Below, one piece after another: positions 29,692-39,122 of a DNA stretch of 64,000 bases. The DNA lies in NCBI GenBank assembly GCA_947588275.1, contig CANPYJ010000001.1:103026-167025 (forward strand). The letters run 5' to 3'. The notes below the pieces were generated by a model that saw only the letters and a program-made list of their open reading frames with translations, searched no databases and was not told the DNA's origin. Position 1 is the first letter of the stretch; each line of letters starts with the position of its first letter. Source of the DNA: an uncultured Alphaproteobacteria bacterium. Its GTDB lineage: Bacteria; Pseudomonadota; Alphaproteobacteria; RF32; CAG-239. Both the position numbers and the translations under genes were made by a program.

Positions 29692-32040
29692 TTATTTTTT
29701 GCACTTTTCTTTGGTCGCCGACAACGGCTTAAGCTTGCCTTTCAGTGCAATTGCCAAAACCTCCTTGGCCTCCGACACCGGAATAATCTTAAGTCCTTTC
29801 TTCACGTTGTCGGGAATGTCGGCCAAATCTTTTTCATTGTCTTTGGGTATAATCACGGTCTTGATACCGCCGCGCAAAGCCGACAAAAGCTTCTCTTTGA
29901 GTCCGCCGATCGGCAGCACCCGCCCTTGCAGTGTAATTTCGCCGGTCATGGCCACATCTTTGCGCACCGGAATTTTGGTCAGCGTCGAAACCAGCGTGGT
30001 ATACATTGCAATACCGGCCGACGGCCCGTCTTTCGGCGTGGCACCTTCCGGCACGTGAACGTGAATGTCCGTCTTTTCAAACACGCAGGGTTCAATTCCC
30101 AAATCGGCCGAATGAGCGCGTACAACCGAATAAGCCGTTTCGATTGATTCTTTCATCACTTCGCCCAGCTTACCGGTCTGTTTAACCACACCTTTGCCCG
30201 GCATATCGACCGCCTCAATAAACAAGATGTCACCGCCGACTTCCGTCCATGCCAAACCGGTAGTCACGCCGACATGGTCGGTCTCTTCGGCCTCGCCGTA
30301 GCGATATTTGATAACGCCGAGATATTTTTCAATGTTTTTCTCATCGACGACAATTTTACGCTTGCTTTTGCCCAGCAGCGTTTCCTTCACCGCCTTGCGG
30401 GCAATGGTTGCCAACTCGCGCTCCAGATTGCGCACGCCTGCCTCCCGCGTATAATAGCGGATAATGGCGCGCACCGCGCTGTCGCTGATTTCCAATTCTT
30501 TGGGCGCCACGGCGTTTTCAACAAAAATTTTAGGGATCAGATGCCGTCTGGCAATCTCGATTTTTTCGTCTTCGGTATAACCCGAAAGGCGAATGATTTC
30601 CATACGGTCAAGCAACGGCCGCGGCATGTCAAGCGAGTTGGCCGTGGTCACGAACATCACGTCCGACAAGTCATAATCGACTTCCAGATAATGATCGTTG
30701 AACGTTGCGTTCTGTTCCGGATCCAAAACCTCCAACAGCGCCGAAGACGGATCGCCGCGATAATCGTTGCCGAGCTTGTCAATTTCATCAAGCAGAAACA
30801 GCGGGTTTGAAGTTCCGGCTTTTTTCATTCCCTTGATAATCTTGCCCGGCATCGAACCGATATAGGTGCGCCGATGCCCGCGAATTTCGGCTTCGTCGCG
30901 CATGCCGCCCAACGAAGCTCGCACAAATGCCCGCCCTGTAGCTCGCGCGATGGACTTTCCGAGCGAAGTTTTGCCCACGCCCGGAGGTCCGACCAGACAC
31001 AAAATCGGTCCTTTGACTTTGTCGGCCCGCGCCTGCACGGCCAAATATTCGACAATGCGCTCCTTGACCTTTTCCAGCCCGTAATGGTCAGCTTCCAAAA
31101 TTTCCATGGCCTTGGCCAAATCTTTATTGACTTTAGAGCGTTTTTTCCACGGAATATCCAGCAACCAGTCCAGATAATTGCGCACGACGGTCGCTTCGGC
31201 CGACATAACGCTCATATTTTTGAGTTTTTTCACTTCTTCCAAAGCGCGTTCTTTGGCTTCTTTGGAAAGTCGAGTGTGTTCTATTTTTTTCATATATTCA
31301 GCCAGCTCGGCATCTTCGTCGCCGTCGCCGAGTTCTTTCTGAATGGCTTTCATCTGCTCGTTCAGATAATATTCTTTCTGGCTTTTTTCCATTTGTTTTT
31401 TAACGCGGTTGCGGATTTTGTTTTCCACTTCCAAAAGGGTAATTTCGGCATCCATAAATTCCAAAATTTTTTCAAACCGCTCGCTCAAGGTCTGCCCTTC
31501 CAGCAAAGCTTGCTTGTCAGCGATTTTGAGTGCCAAATGCGAGGCGATCGTATCGGCCAGTTTGCTGTAATCGTCAATCTGATTAACGGCAACCAAGACT
31601 TCCGGCGGCGTTTTTTTGGAAAGTTTGACATATTCCTCGAACTGCGCCAAAACCGCGCGCACCACGCCTTCCAGCTCGGCCTCGTCGGCATTACTTTCGG
31701 GCATTACCGTAATATTGGCCGTCAAAAAGTCCTCATTGTCATAAATCTTGTCAAGCTTAACCCGCTCCAGACCCTCAATCAGCACCTTGACCGTACCGTC
31801 CGGCAGCCGCAACAACTGCAAAACAGTGCCCAGCGTACCCACATGAAAAATATCGTCCCCACTTGGATTCTCAACCGACGCGTCTTTTTGTGTTGACAAC
31901 ACGATATTCTGATCCGTGTCTACCACTTCCTGCAGCGCACGAATGGATTTTTCGCGGCCGACAAACAGCGGCACAATCATTTTCGGATATACGACAATAT
32001 CGCGCAGAGGCAAAACCGGATATTTTTCTTTTTTGACCAT
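29692..32040 (-). CDS. lon: ATP-dependent protease Lon
   Basis: Start at MVKKEKYPVLPLRDIVVYP (32040). Walker A GPPGVGKTS; protease Ser motif PKDGPSAGIAM. Confidence 0.97.
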   Translation of the reverse strand: MVKKEKYPVLPLRDIVVYPKMIVPLFVGREKSIRALQEVVDTDQNIVLSTQKDASVENPSGDDIFHVGTLGTVLQLLRLPDGTVKVLIEGLERVKLDKIYDNEDFLTANITVMPESNADEAELEGVVRAVLAQFEEYVKLSKKTPPEVLVAVNQIDDYSKLADTIASHLALKIADKQALLEGQTLSERFEKILEFMDAEITLLEVENKIRNRVKKQMEKSQKEYYLNEQMKAIQKELGDGDEDAELAEYMKKIEHTRLSKEAKERALEEVKKLKNMSVMSAEATVVRNYLDWLLDIPWKKRSKVNKDLAKAMEILEADHYGLEKVKERIVEYLAVQARADKVKGPILCLVGPPGVGKTSLGKSIARATGRAFVRASLGGMRDEAEIRGHRRTYIGSMPGKIIKGMKKAGTSNPLFLLDEIDKLGNDYRGDPSSALLEVLDPEQNATFNDHYLEVDYDLSDVMFVTTANSLDMPRPLLDRMEIIRLSGYTEDEKIEIARRHLIPKIFVENAVAPKELEISDSAVRAIIRYYTREAGVRNLERELATIARKAVKETLLGKSKRKIVVDEKNIEKYLGVIKYRYGEAEETDHVGVTTGLAWTEVGGDILFIEAVDMPGKGVVKQTGKLGEVMKESIETAYSVVRAHSADLGIEPCVFEKTDIHVHVPEGATPKDGPSAGIAMYTTLVSTLTKIPVRKDVAMTGEITLQGRVLPIGGLKEKLLSALRGGIKTVIIPKDNEKDLADIPDNVKKGLKIIPVSEAKEVLAIALKGKLKPLSATKEKCKK

Positions 32041-32072
32041 ATTACACCTTACATAAAATCGCTGCCATGCAA

Positions 32073-32104
32073 CTAATATAGGAAAAGCTTGCTGTTTCTG
32101 CAAG
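32073..32104 (-). promoter_or_regulatory. RpoH (sigma32)-type heat-shock promoter of lon, alphaproteobacterial consensus
   Basis: Minus strand reads CTTGcagaaacagcaagctttt CCTATATTAG, matching CTTG-N17/18-CYTATNTNNG. It ends about 30 nt upstream of the ATG. Confidence 0.55.
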
Positions 32105-32256
32105 TTTCTCTTCAAACTTTTTTGCCATATTGCCACCCCGTGTGCAACGACAATTTGTTTAATCCACAGAAAAAGCAAAAAGCGGTGTGAAAGTGTAAGA
32201 AAAAATTGCTTAATAAAAAAAAATCTTATATCAATAAGTAAGATATGGAGAAAACA

Positions 32257-32508
32257 ATGCCGACAAACAAAAATTTATTTGCCAACAAAGACATCTCAAT
32301 CAACCTTTCAATCACTCTCGGCACTGCGGATTTGCGTGTTCACCAGCTGCTCAAGCTCGGCCGCGGCGCGGTGGTCGAACTGAACAGAGATATCAACGAC
32401 TATGTTGATATCTATGCCAACGATACCTTAATCGGACACGGCGAAGTTGTGGTAACCGATAACGAAACTATCGGCATCAGCGTGACAGATTTGGTTTCGG
32501 GGAAATAA
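32257..32508 (+). CDS. fliN: FliN/SpoA-domain protein (flagellar switch / T3SS C-ring-like), solitary
   Basis: ISINLSITLGTADLRVHQLLKLGRGAVVELNRDINDYVDIYANDTLIGHGEVVVTDNETIGISVTDLV. ATG at 32257 has a GGAG RBS; the ORF-track start is 32245. Confidence 0.75.
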   Translation: MPTNKNLFANKDISINLSITLGTADLRVHQLLKLGRGAVVELNRDINDYVDIYANDTLIGHGEVVVTDNETIGISVTDLVSGK

Positions 32509-32517
32509 GCGCGACCA

Positions 32518-33261
32518 ATGAATTTTTATAAAAAATATCTGAAAAAGCCTCTTCGAAAACTCGGCGAACACAGTGGTATTGTCAGCTTTTTGTCCGGTTT
32601 TTTGTATTTTTATGCCCGCTTTGTCGGAATGACCACGCGCTGGCATATCGAAGGCTGGACCGAGGCTTTGGAAAACGCCCGCCGACAAGGTATCATTTTG
32701 GTCATCTGGCACGGCCGTGCCCTGATGATGCCGGGATTTAAACCTAAAGACGTTCCGGTCACCGCTTTGGCTTCGCCGCATCGCGACGGTCGTCTGATTG
32801 CCGGCCTGCTGCACAAATTCGACATCAAAACAATAGACGGTTCGTCCAACGAAAACGCCGCCGGCAGTGCCCTGCACCTCTTGCGCGTTCTGCACAACAA
32901 CACGACCATCTGCATCATTCCCGATGGTCCGCGCGGCCCGCGTATGCGGATGAGTCGCTCGCCGATATATTATGCCTGGAAAACCGGAAAACCGATTATC
33001 TGCGGAGCCTACAGTATCGAAAATTCCTTTATTGTCGAAAAAGCTTGGGACAAAATGATGATTCCTCTGCCTTTTTCGCGCGGCGTCAGCAAAACCAGCC
33101 GGCCGATTTACGTTCCGACCGACACCCCCGAAAAAGAACTTGAATCCTATCGTCAGCAACTGGAACAGGAGCTCAATCAGATTCAAAGCGATTGCGACCG
33201 TGAAATGGGACGCCGTCCCATACTGCCCGACACGACCGTTCGCAAGTTCAAAAAATTATGA
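32518..33261 (+). CDS. DUF374-family (LPLAT-like) protein
   Basis: IILVIWHGRALMMP...SPHRDGRLIAGLLHKFDIKTIDGSS...IIPDGPRGP; position directly upstream of waaA. Confidence 0.8.
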   Translation: MNFYKKYLKKPLRKLGEHSGIVSFLSGFLYFYARFVGMTTRWHIEGWTEALENARRQGIILVIWHGRALMMPGFKPKDVPVTALASPHRDGRLIAGLLHKFDIKTIDGSSNENAAGSALHLLRVLHNNTTICIIPDGPRGPRMRMSRSPIYYAWKTGKPIICGAYSIENSFIVEKAWDKMMIPLPFSRGVSKTSRPIYVPTDTPEKELESYRQQLEQELNQIQSDCDREMGRRPILPDTTVRKFKKL

Positions 33262-33285
33262 CCAATCCTACCCAAAGGAAGCCTT

Positions 33286-34545
33286 ATGTTCATAAAATTA
33301 TACAATACCCTCATTACCGTGCTTTACCCGTTGGTCATCAAGCGTTACATCAAAAAACGCCTGGCCAACGGCAAAGAAGACAAAAACCGCTTCAATGAAC
33401 GTATCGGCCGGCCGACTCTCAAACGTCCCGACGGCAAGCTGATTTGGCTTCATGGCGCTTCGGTCGGTGAGTCCGTGTCCATGTTGCCGCTGATTCAAAA
33501 AATTTTGGAAACATATTCCGATGCCCATGTTATGGTAACCACCGGCACCGTAACCTCCGCCGACGTCATGAACAAGCGTTTGCCCGAGCGCGCCTTCCAT
33601 CAGTTTATTCCGATTGACAACCCGTTCTTTACCACTCGTTTTGTCAAGCATTGGCAGCCCAACGTCGCCCTCTGGTTTGAATCCGAATTCTGGCCGGCCA
33701 TGCTTTCCAGCATCCGTCGCAAAAATATCCCGCTCATTCTGATTAACGGCCGTATTTCCAACAAATCTTTCAAGCGCTGGCAGCAGTTTGACTTTGTCTG
33801 CAAAGAGCTGCTCTCGTGTTTCAGCCTTTGTCTCGGCCAATCGGAAGAAGACGCGTACCGACTTCAGGTTTTGGGTGCTGCCAACACCATGTGCCTTGGC
33901 AACCTCAAATACGCCGGTCTGCCTTTGCCGATTGATCAAGACAAAAAAGCCGCAATTCTCAAACAAATCGGCAAACGCACTTTTTGGCTGGCGAGCTCCA
34001 CGCACAACGACGAGGAAGTCCGTCTGGCCAAAATGCACAAGCGCCTCAAAGAAAAGTTCCCCGGTCTGTTGACTCTGATTGCTCCGCGTCATCCGCAACG
34101 CGGCGCCGAAATAAAAACCGCGATAGAAAATTTAGGTCTTAAAGCGGCCCTGCGCTCAATCGATGAAAAAATTACTCCGACCACAGACATCTATATTGCC
34201 GACACCATCGGCGAAATGGGCATTTGGTATAACATTGCCAAAATCGTCTTTATCGGCGGCTCACTGATTCCGCACGGCGGCCAAAACTTTATGGAGCCTT
34301 CGCGGGTGCGTGACGCAGTTATTGTCGGCCCATACATGCATAACTTTACCGATGCCATGAACCGCGCCAAAAAAGCCGATGCCATCATTCAGGTCAACGA
34401 TACCGAAGAAATGCAGGAAATCTTGGAACAATTGCTGTCCAACAAAGAACTGCTGGAAGCCAAATGTTCTTTAGCCTATAATTGGGCCAACAGCGAGGCC
34501 AAAGTGCTCGACGGGATAATGGATAAAGTTAAAGGATATATTTAA
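33286..34545 (+). CDS. waaA: 3-deoxy-D-manno-octulosonic acid (Kdo) transferase
   Basis: 419 aa; LIWLHGASVGESVSMLPLIQ typical WaaA/KdtA N-terminal motif. Confidence 0.93.
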   Translation: MFIKLYNTLITVLYPLVIKRYIKKRLANGKEDKNRFNERIGRPTLKRPDGKLIWLHGASVGESVSMLPLIQKILETYSDAHVMVTTGTVTSADVMNKRLPERAFHQFIPIDNPFFTTRFVKHWQPNVALWFESEFWPAMLSSIRRKNIPLILINGRISNKSFKRWQQFDFVCKELLSCFSLCLGQSEEDAYRLQVLGAANTMCLGNLKYAGLPLPIDQDKKAAILKQIGKRTFWLASSTHNDEEVRLAKMHKRLKEKFPGLLTLIAPRHPQRGAEIKTAIENLGLKAALRSIDEKITPTTDIYIADTIGEMGIWYNIAKIVFIGGSLIPHGGQNFMEPSRVRDAVIVGPYMHNFTDAMNRAKKADAIIQVNDTEEMQEILEQLLSNKELLEAKCSLAYNWANSEAKVLDGIMDKVKGYI

Positions 34546-35493
34546 GTGAAAACGCCATCATATTGGAACAGCGTCAATTTCATGTCTTTGGCCTTGTGGC
34601 CTCTGGGCTGTTTGTACGGCTTAGCCACGGCGCTGCGCCTGCTTTTGAAAAGGACGCGCAAAGTTCAGTCCACGGTAATATGCGTCGGCAACCTGACGGC
34701 CGGCGGCACCGGCAAAACGCCGGTAGCCGTCTCTTTGGCCAAACTGCTTCAACAAAATGGCAAAAACCCCTGTTTTTTGAGTCGCGGTTACGGCGGACGG
34801 CGCAAAAACCTGATGGTAAACCCCTGTCGTCATACGGCGGCCGATGTCGGTGATGAACCCCTGTTGTTGGCGCGCCAAGCACCGGTCATCGTAAATCCGA
34901 ACCGCTATCAAGGGGCTTTAATGGCTGAGCAGGAAGGCGCGGATTATATCATTATGGACGATGGTTTTCAAAATCCTTCGCTGTACAAAGACATCTCGCT
35001 GCTGGTTATTGACGGCGACGTCGGACTGGGCAACGGTTTTTGCATTCCGGCCGGTCCATTGCGCGAGTTCAAAAAACTTGGTTTGCACCGCGCCTCAGCA
35101 GTGGCCTTGATTGGCGACGACAAACTCGGTCTGGCGGCTTCTTTAAGCCATCTGCCGATATTTCGCGGCCGTCTCAAAGCTGTTGCCCCCTCGCCGCTCA
35201 CCTATGATATAGTGGCTTTTGCCGGCATCGGTCGACCGCAAAAATTCTACCGGTCCCTGCGTGATTGCGGATTCAATGTCGTGCAGACCAGAGACTTTCC
35301 GGACCATCATTTTTATTCGGAAAACGACCTGCAAAGTTTGCTGGAGCTTGGCAAACGCTACAAAGCGCCGGTTTATACCACGGCCAAAGATTTTGTAAAA
35401 ATTCCACCGCACTTGCAAAGCCGATTTAAAGTTTTGGAAATCGCCGTTGAATGGGAAAATCCGGCCGAATTAGCCGACTTCTTGCTGCAATAA
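34546..35493 (+). CDS. lpxK: Tetraacyldisaccharide 4'-kinase
   Basis: GTG start abutting the waaA stop; P-loop VGNLTAGGTGKTP. Confidence 0.92.
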   Translation: MKTPSYWNSVNFMSLALWPLGCLYGLATALRLLLKRTRKVQSTVICVGNLTAGGTGKTPVAVSLAKLLQQNGKNPCFLSRGYGGRRKNLMVNPCRHTAADVGDEPLLLARQAPVIVNPNRYQGALMAEQEGADYIIMDDGFQNPSLYKDISLLVIDGDVGLGNGFCIPAGPLREFKKLGLHRASAVALIGDDKLGLAASLSHLPIFRGRLKAVAPSPLTYDIVAFAGIGRPQKFYRSLRDCGFNVVQTRDFPDHHFYSENDLQSLLELGKRYKAPVYTTAKDFVKIPPHLQSRFKVLEIAVEWENPAELADFLLQ

Positions 35494-35544
35494 GACAAGT
35501 CATCTGAACTCTCTTAAGCGTTTTGCTTACGTCTTTCTTTGTCG

Positions 35545-35560
35545 ATTGGCGCGCGCCAAT
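35545..35560. promoter_or_regulatory. Perfect 16-bp palindrome downstream of lpxK (terminator stem or operator)
   Basis: ATTGGCGCGCGCCAAT. A second hairpin CCAACGcacCGTTGG lies at 35583-35597. Confidence 0.35.
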
Positions 35561-35626
35561 TCTGAATATCGGTTTCGAATTGCCAACGCACCGTTGGAAC
35601 GCGCCCGATTTTGCCTCATCAAATTT

Positions 35627-35638
35627 TTGTCTAGACAA
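35627..35638. promoter_or_regulatory. Perfect 12-bp palindrome upstream of the kdgK-like gene (GntR-type operator-like)
   Basis: TTGTCTAGACAA (fits t.GT-N4-AC.a), 70 nt upstream of the ATG at 35708. Confidence 0.3.
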
Positions 35639-35707
35639 CGGTTAAAAATAATGTTACAACATAGGCAATAACATCTTATTATATTTTACCATTAAAAAAT
35701 TACAATT

Positions 35708-36709
35708 ATGAAACAAAAAGTCGTTTCTTTGGGCGAAACCATGTTACGCATGTCGCCTTTGGGCAGTACGCGTCTGGATCAGACCAACAACTGCGAAACT
35801 GTTTTTGGCGGAAGCGAAGCCAATGTCGCAGTCGCGCTGGCAACCTACGGCATCAACTCTGTCTATGTTACCAAGCTCCCCGACAACGCGTTTGGTCAAG
35901 CGGCGCTCAACACACTGCGTCAGCACGGTGTTGAAACTTCACGCATTATCCGCGGCGGCGAACGAATCGGAATGTATTTGCTGGAAGGCGGCTACACGCC
36001 TTGCTCCAACATCTGCACCTATGACCGCAAACACAGCGCCATCGCTGATGCTGATCCCGCCGAATTTGACTGGCATGAAATATTTCGCGATGCCGCTTGG
36101 TTTCACTTCAGCGGCATTACGCCGGCACTCAGTCCGTCAACCCTTCAGATTTGCGAAGATGCCTGCCGCACCGCGCATGAAATGGGACTAATAATCAGTT
36201 GTGACGTTAACTACCGTTCCAAACTGTGGACTATGGATGCTGCCGCAAAAGCCATGCAAAAACTTTGTCGTTTGGTCAATGTGCTGATTGTCAACGAAGA
36301 AGAAGCCAAAGTTTTAGGCATTGATGTTACCAACGAACGTCTGACGGATCATGCGGCCTTTACAGATATGTGCACCTGCCTTCGGGAGACTTATCCGGCC
36401 GCCGTCATCGGCAGTGTTGCCCGCATCAATTTGGCCACGGCAGTCAAAGGAATGCTCTGCGTCGACGGACAGATTTATGAATCTGAGACCTACACACTGC
36501 ATATCAAAGACCCTATCGGCGCCGGAGATGCATTCAGTGCGGCCTTGATATACGGCCTTCTGAACAACGAACCGGCACACTCTCTGGTCAACATTGCAAC
36601 CGCAGCTTGCGCCATCAAACACTGCATAAAAGGTGACTTCAATCTGGTGTCGATGGACGAGATTCGCGGTTTTGCGGCCAAAGCCGGAGCCGATGCCGTC
36701 AAACGCTGA
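35708..36709 (+). CDS. kdgK: PfkB-family sugar kinase, 2-dehydro-3-deoxygluconokinase-like
   Basis: VVSLGETMLRMSP...GGSEANVAVALATYG N-terminus; PfkB signature DPIGAGDAFSAALIYGLL. Confidence 0.7.
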   Translation: MKQKVVSLGETMLRMSPLGSTRLDQTNNCETVFGGSEANVAVALATYGINSVYVTKLPDNAFGQAALNTLRQHGVETSRIIRGGERIGMYLLEGGYTPCSNICTYDRKHSAIADADPAEFDWHEIFRDAAWFHFSGITPALSPSTLQICEDACRTAHEMGLIISCDVNYRSKLWTMDAAAKAMQKLCRLVNVLIVNEEEAKVLGIDVTNERLTDHAAFTDMCTCLRETYPAAVIGSVARINLATAVKGMLCVDGQIYESETYTLHIKDPIGAGDAFSAALIYGLLNNEPAHSLVNIATAACAIKHCIKGDFNLVSMDEIRGFAAKAGADAVKR

Positions 36710-36720
36710 CGACTTACCAA

Positions 36721-36747
36721 ACTGCCCCTTACGGGGCAGTTTTTTTG
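36721..36747 (+). terminator. Terminator after the kdgK-like gene
   Basis: ACTGCCCCttacGGGGCAGTttttttt. Confidence 0.85.
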
Positions 36748-36845
36748 TGCAGACAGTAAAAATTGTTCAAAAAATAAGATTTTATTTTATAAGAAGCAGA
36801 TTTTATATATAATAACCTTGTTATCGTAACTTTAAGGAACTTACC

Positions 36846-37580
36846 ATGAAAAAATATCTTGCAGAAATGTTTGGTACCTTTGTTTTGGTATTCATCGGCT
36901 GCGGTACGGTTGTCTTTTCGGCGGCCACCGTCGGTCATTTGGGCATTGCGTTTGCCTTTGGTTTGGCTTTGATGGCCATGGTTTATGCCATTGGTCCGAT
37001 ATCCGGCTGCCACGTCAATCCGGCGGTCACTCTGGGCGTCTACAGTGCCGGCCGGATGTCCGGCAAATCGGCCTTCGGCTATATTGTCTTTCAGCTCATC
37101 GGCGCCGTAATCGCCGCTGCGGTACTGATTGTCATTGCCAACGGACGCTCGGCGGGATTTGAACCCACCATTGACGGTCTTGGCCACAATGGCTGGGGCG
37201 CGGGCTACGGCTATGAATACAATACTTTGTCAGCACTGATTTTTGAATTTATAGCCACCTTTATTTTCGTCAAAGTCATTTTGTGCGCCACGGCTACAGA
37301 TCTGAAAATTGCCGGTGTCGTCATCGGCCTGACGCTTGTGGTAATTCACATTTTGGGCTTGCAGATTACCGGTGTTTCGGTCAATCCGGCGCGAAGTTTT
37401 GGCCCTGCCATTTTTGTCGGCGGCGTCGCCTTGCAACAGCTTTGGCTGTTTTTGGTTGCTCCGACGATTGCCGGAATTTTGGCCGGCCTCACCAGCCGTT
37501 GCTGCGGTTGCTGTGCCGAAACCAAAACTCCCAAAGCGGCGGTTTCCAGAAAGCCAGCCCGAAAAGCGGTCAAAAAATAA
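36846..37580 (+). CDS. aqpZ: Aquaporin Z
   Basis: Two NPA boxes (HVNPAVT, SVNPARS); 6 TM; 244 aa. Confidence 0.93.
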   Translation: MKKYLAEMFGTFVLVFIGCGTVVFSAATVGHLGIAFAFGLALMAMVYAIGPISGCHVNPAVTLGVYSAGRMSGKSAFGYIVFQLIGAVIAAAVLIVIANGRSAGFEPTIDGLGHNGWGAGYGYEYNTLSALIFEFIATFIFVKVILCATATDLKIAGVVIGLTLVVIHILGLQITGVSVNPARSFGPAIFVGGVALQQLWLFLVAPTIAGILAGLTSRCCGCCAETKTPKAAVSRKPARKAVKK

Positions 37581-37639
37581 GCCTTGTCTGCCATACGTCA
37601 AAAAACGCCGGAAGAAATTTCCGGCGTTTTGTTTATTCA
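37502..37639 (+). repeat. Direct repeat copy 1: last 79 nt of aqpZ, its stop and its terminator
   Basis: Near-identical to 39123-39258 (4 substitutions plus one 2-nt indel, counted by eye). Contains terminator CGCCGGAAgaaatTTCCGGCG at 37606-37626. Confidence 0.9.
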
Positions 37640-39079
37640 TAACTTTTTAAGCGGAATCGACATCGCCTCTTGAAGTTTCTCCAGATATTGATAACCATAT
37701 TTCTTATCAGGTTCCAAATGCGCTCCTTCTCCCCATTCATTCCAAGCATTAATAAATAAAAATTTAGCTTGTTGAGAGGTCGAAGACAAAAGCGTGCGGC
37801 AAATTGCACCATGCAAAAATTTCTTGAAATTTTCAGGAGAACTTCCGAGAACGACCCGACCTTTTTCTCCACGCCGCGGCGTATTATCCCACGATGGACA
37901 TACGCATGAAAATCGCGGATAACCTGTCAATACAGTGTTTTTAAAATGATTGATTACGCCGCGATACGATGTCACTTCCAAAGACAACGGCATATCTGCT
38001 CTTGACAATATTTTAGATACTTCCGGACAAAACAAAGCCGTTCCCGGTTGCGGGGCAAATTCCGCAGCCGCATCCAATCCCATTTCGTAAGGACTTTTTT
38101 GCGCAAAATTCTGCATTGAAACCAGATATAAACCGTCAAATCCGGAAACAGCCGCCTGCTGGCGCCATTTTTCAGCGACTTCCCGCATTTGCGGAATAAT
38201 TTCGGCACGATATATTAATAACAGCGGCTTATTATCAACCTTTATATAACGGTCATCATGAAATGCCGGCAACATTTCATTTAACATGTTTAACATATTA
38301 GATTCGTCATAATCTTGCGGCATAATAATCTCTTTTTCTCCGCCATCCCATGCTCTGGTCCAATTTTCATTAGCCCATGAAAAACAAAAAGGAAAATCAA
38401 TTTCTTTAGCCTGCAACCAATTATTAATAGGTTTTTCGAGCAGTCTTTTGCCGTCTTTAAAATAGTAATAATAGAAACAAAAACCATACACCCCATATTT
38501 TTTGGCCATTTGCGCCTGCCGTCGCATAACATCTACATCAGATAAATCATAATAACCTATATCACCGTGAGGCTCATGCGGTTGATAATGCCCATCAAAC
38601 AAAGGTTGTGCTTTTTTAACATTTGTCCATTCCGTAAATCCCTTTCCCCACCAGGCATCGTTTTCGACAATAGTGTGAAACTGCGGCAAATACAACGCAA
38701 TCGGTTTTATGATATCTTGAACAATTGTTGTCGATTCATAACTTTTCACCGCTTTTACCAATAATATTTTATGCCAACAACATACAATAAAAAATCTTGT
38801 CAAATAAATTGCTTGTTTAATTAATCGACTAATAGCCTTAAATGGAAAAACATATGGCTGCCATAAAAAAAGATACCACAATGTTTTTATGTGCCCCACA
38901 CCGTACAAATTTGCAAAAATCTTATACTGTGCCTTATACTTTTCTCGACTTTTTTCTCTATTTGTCATGCCGCCTCCTATGCTTTCGCAAAGCATATAAC
39001 GGGTCGCAAAATAATTAAATAAAAAATTACAGGTAATCAACAAAAATGATCCAATGTCAGTAATTGTTTTTACCTTCAA
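37637..39079 (-). CDS. WbsX-like glycosyltransferase with hydrophobic N-terminal extension
   Basis: KPIALYLPQFHTIVENDAWWGKGFTEWTNVKKAQPLFDGHYQPHEPHGDIGYYDL and WANENWTRAWDG resemble the Glyco_tran_WbsX family. First ~120 aa are hydrophobic and unassigned (alternative start M38 at 38968). Confidence 0.6.
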   Translation of the reverse strand: MKVKTITDIGSFLLITCNFLFNYFATRYMLCESIGGGMTNREKSREKYKAQYKIFANLYGVGHIKTLWYLFLWQPYVFPFKAISRLIKQAIYLTRFFIVCCWHKILLVKAVKSYESTTIVQDIIKPIALYLPQFHTIVENDAWWGKGFTEWTNVKKAQPLFDGHYQPHEPHGDIGYYDLSDVDVMRRQAQMAKKYGVYGFCFYYYYFKDGKRLLEKPINNWLQAKEIDFPFCFSWANENWTRAWDGGEKEIIMPQDYDESNMLNMLNEMLPAFHDDRYIKVDNKPLLLIYRAEIIPQMREVAEKWRQQAAVSGFDGLYLVSMQNFAQKSPYEMGLDAAAEFAPQPGTALFCPEVSKILSRADMPLSLEVTSYRGVINHFKNTVLTGYPRFSCVCPSWDNTPRRGEKGRVVLGSSPENFKKFLHGAICRTLLSSTSQQAKFLFINAWNEWGEGAHLEPDKKYGYQYLEKLQEAMSIPLKKL

Positions 39080-39122
39080 TAAAATTTTTTAAATTATCTG
39101 ACAAATTACTAAAAAGCTGTGA

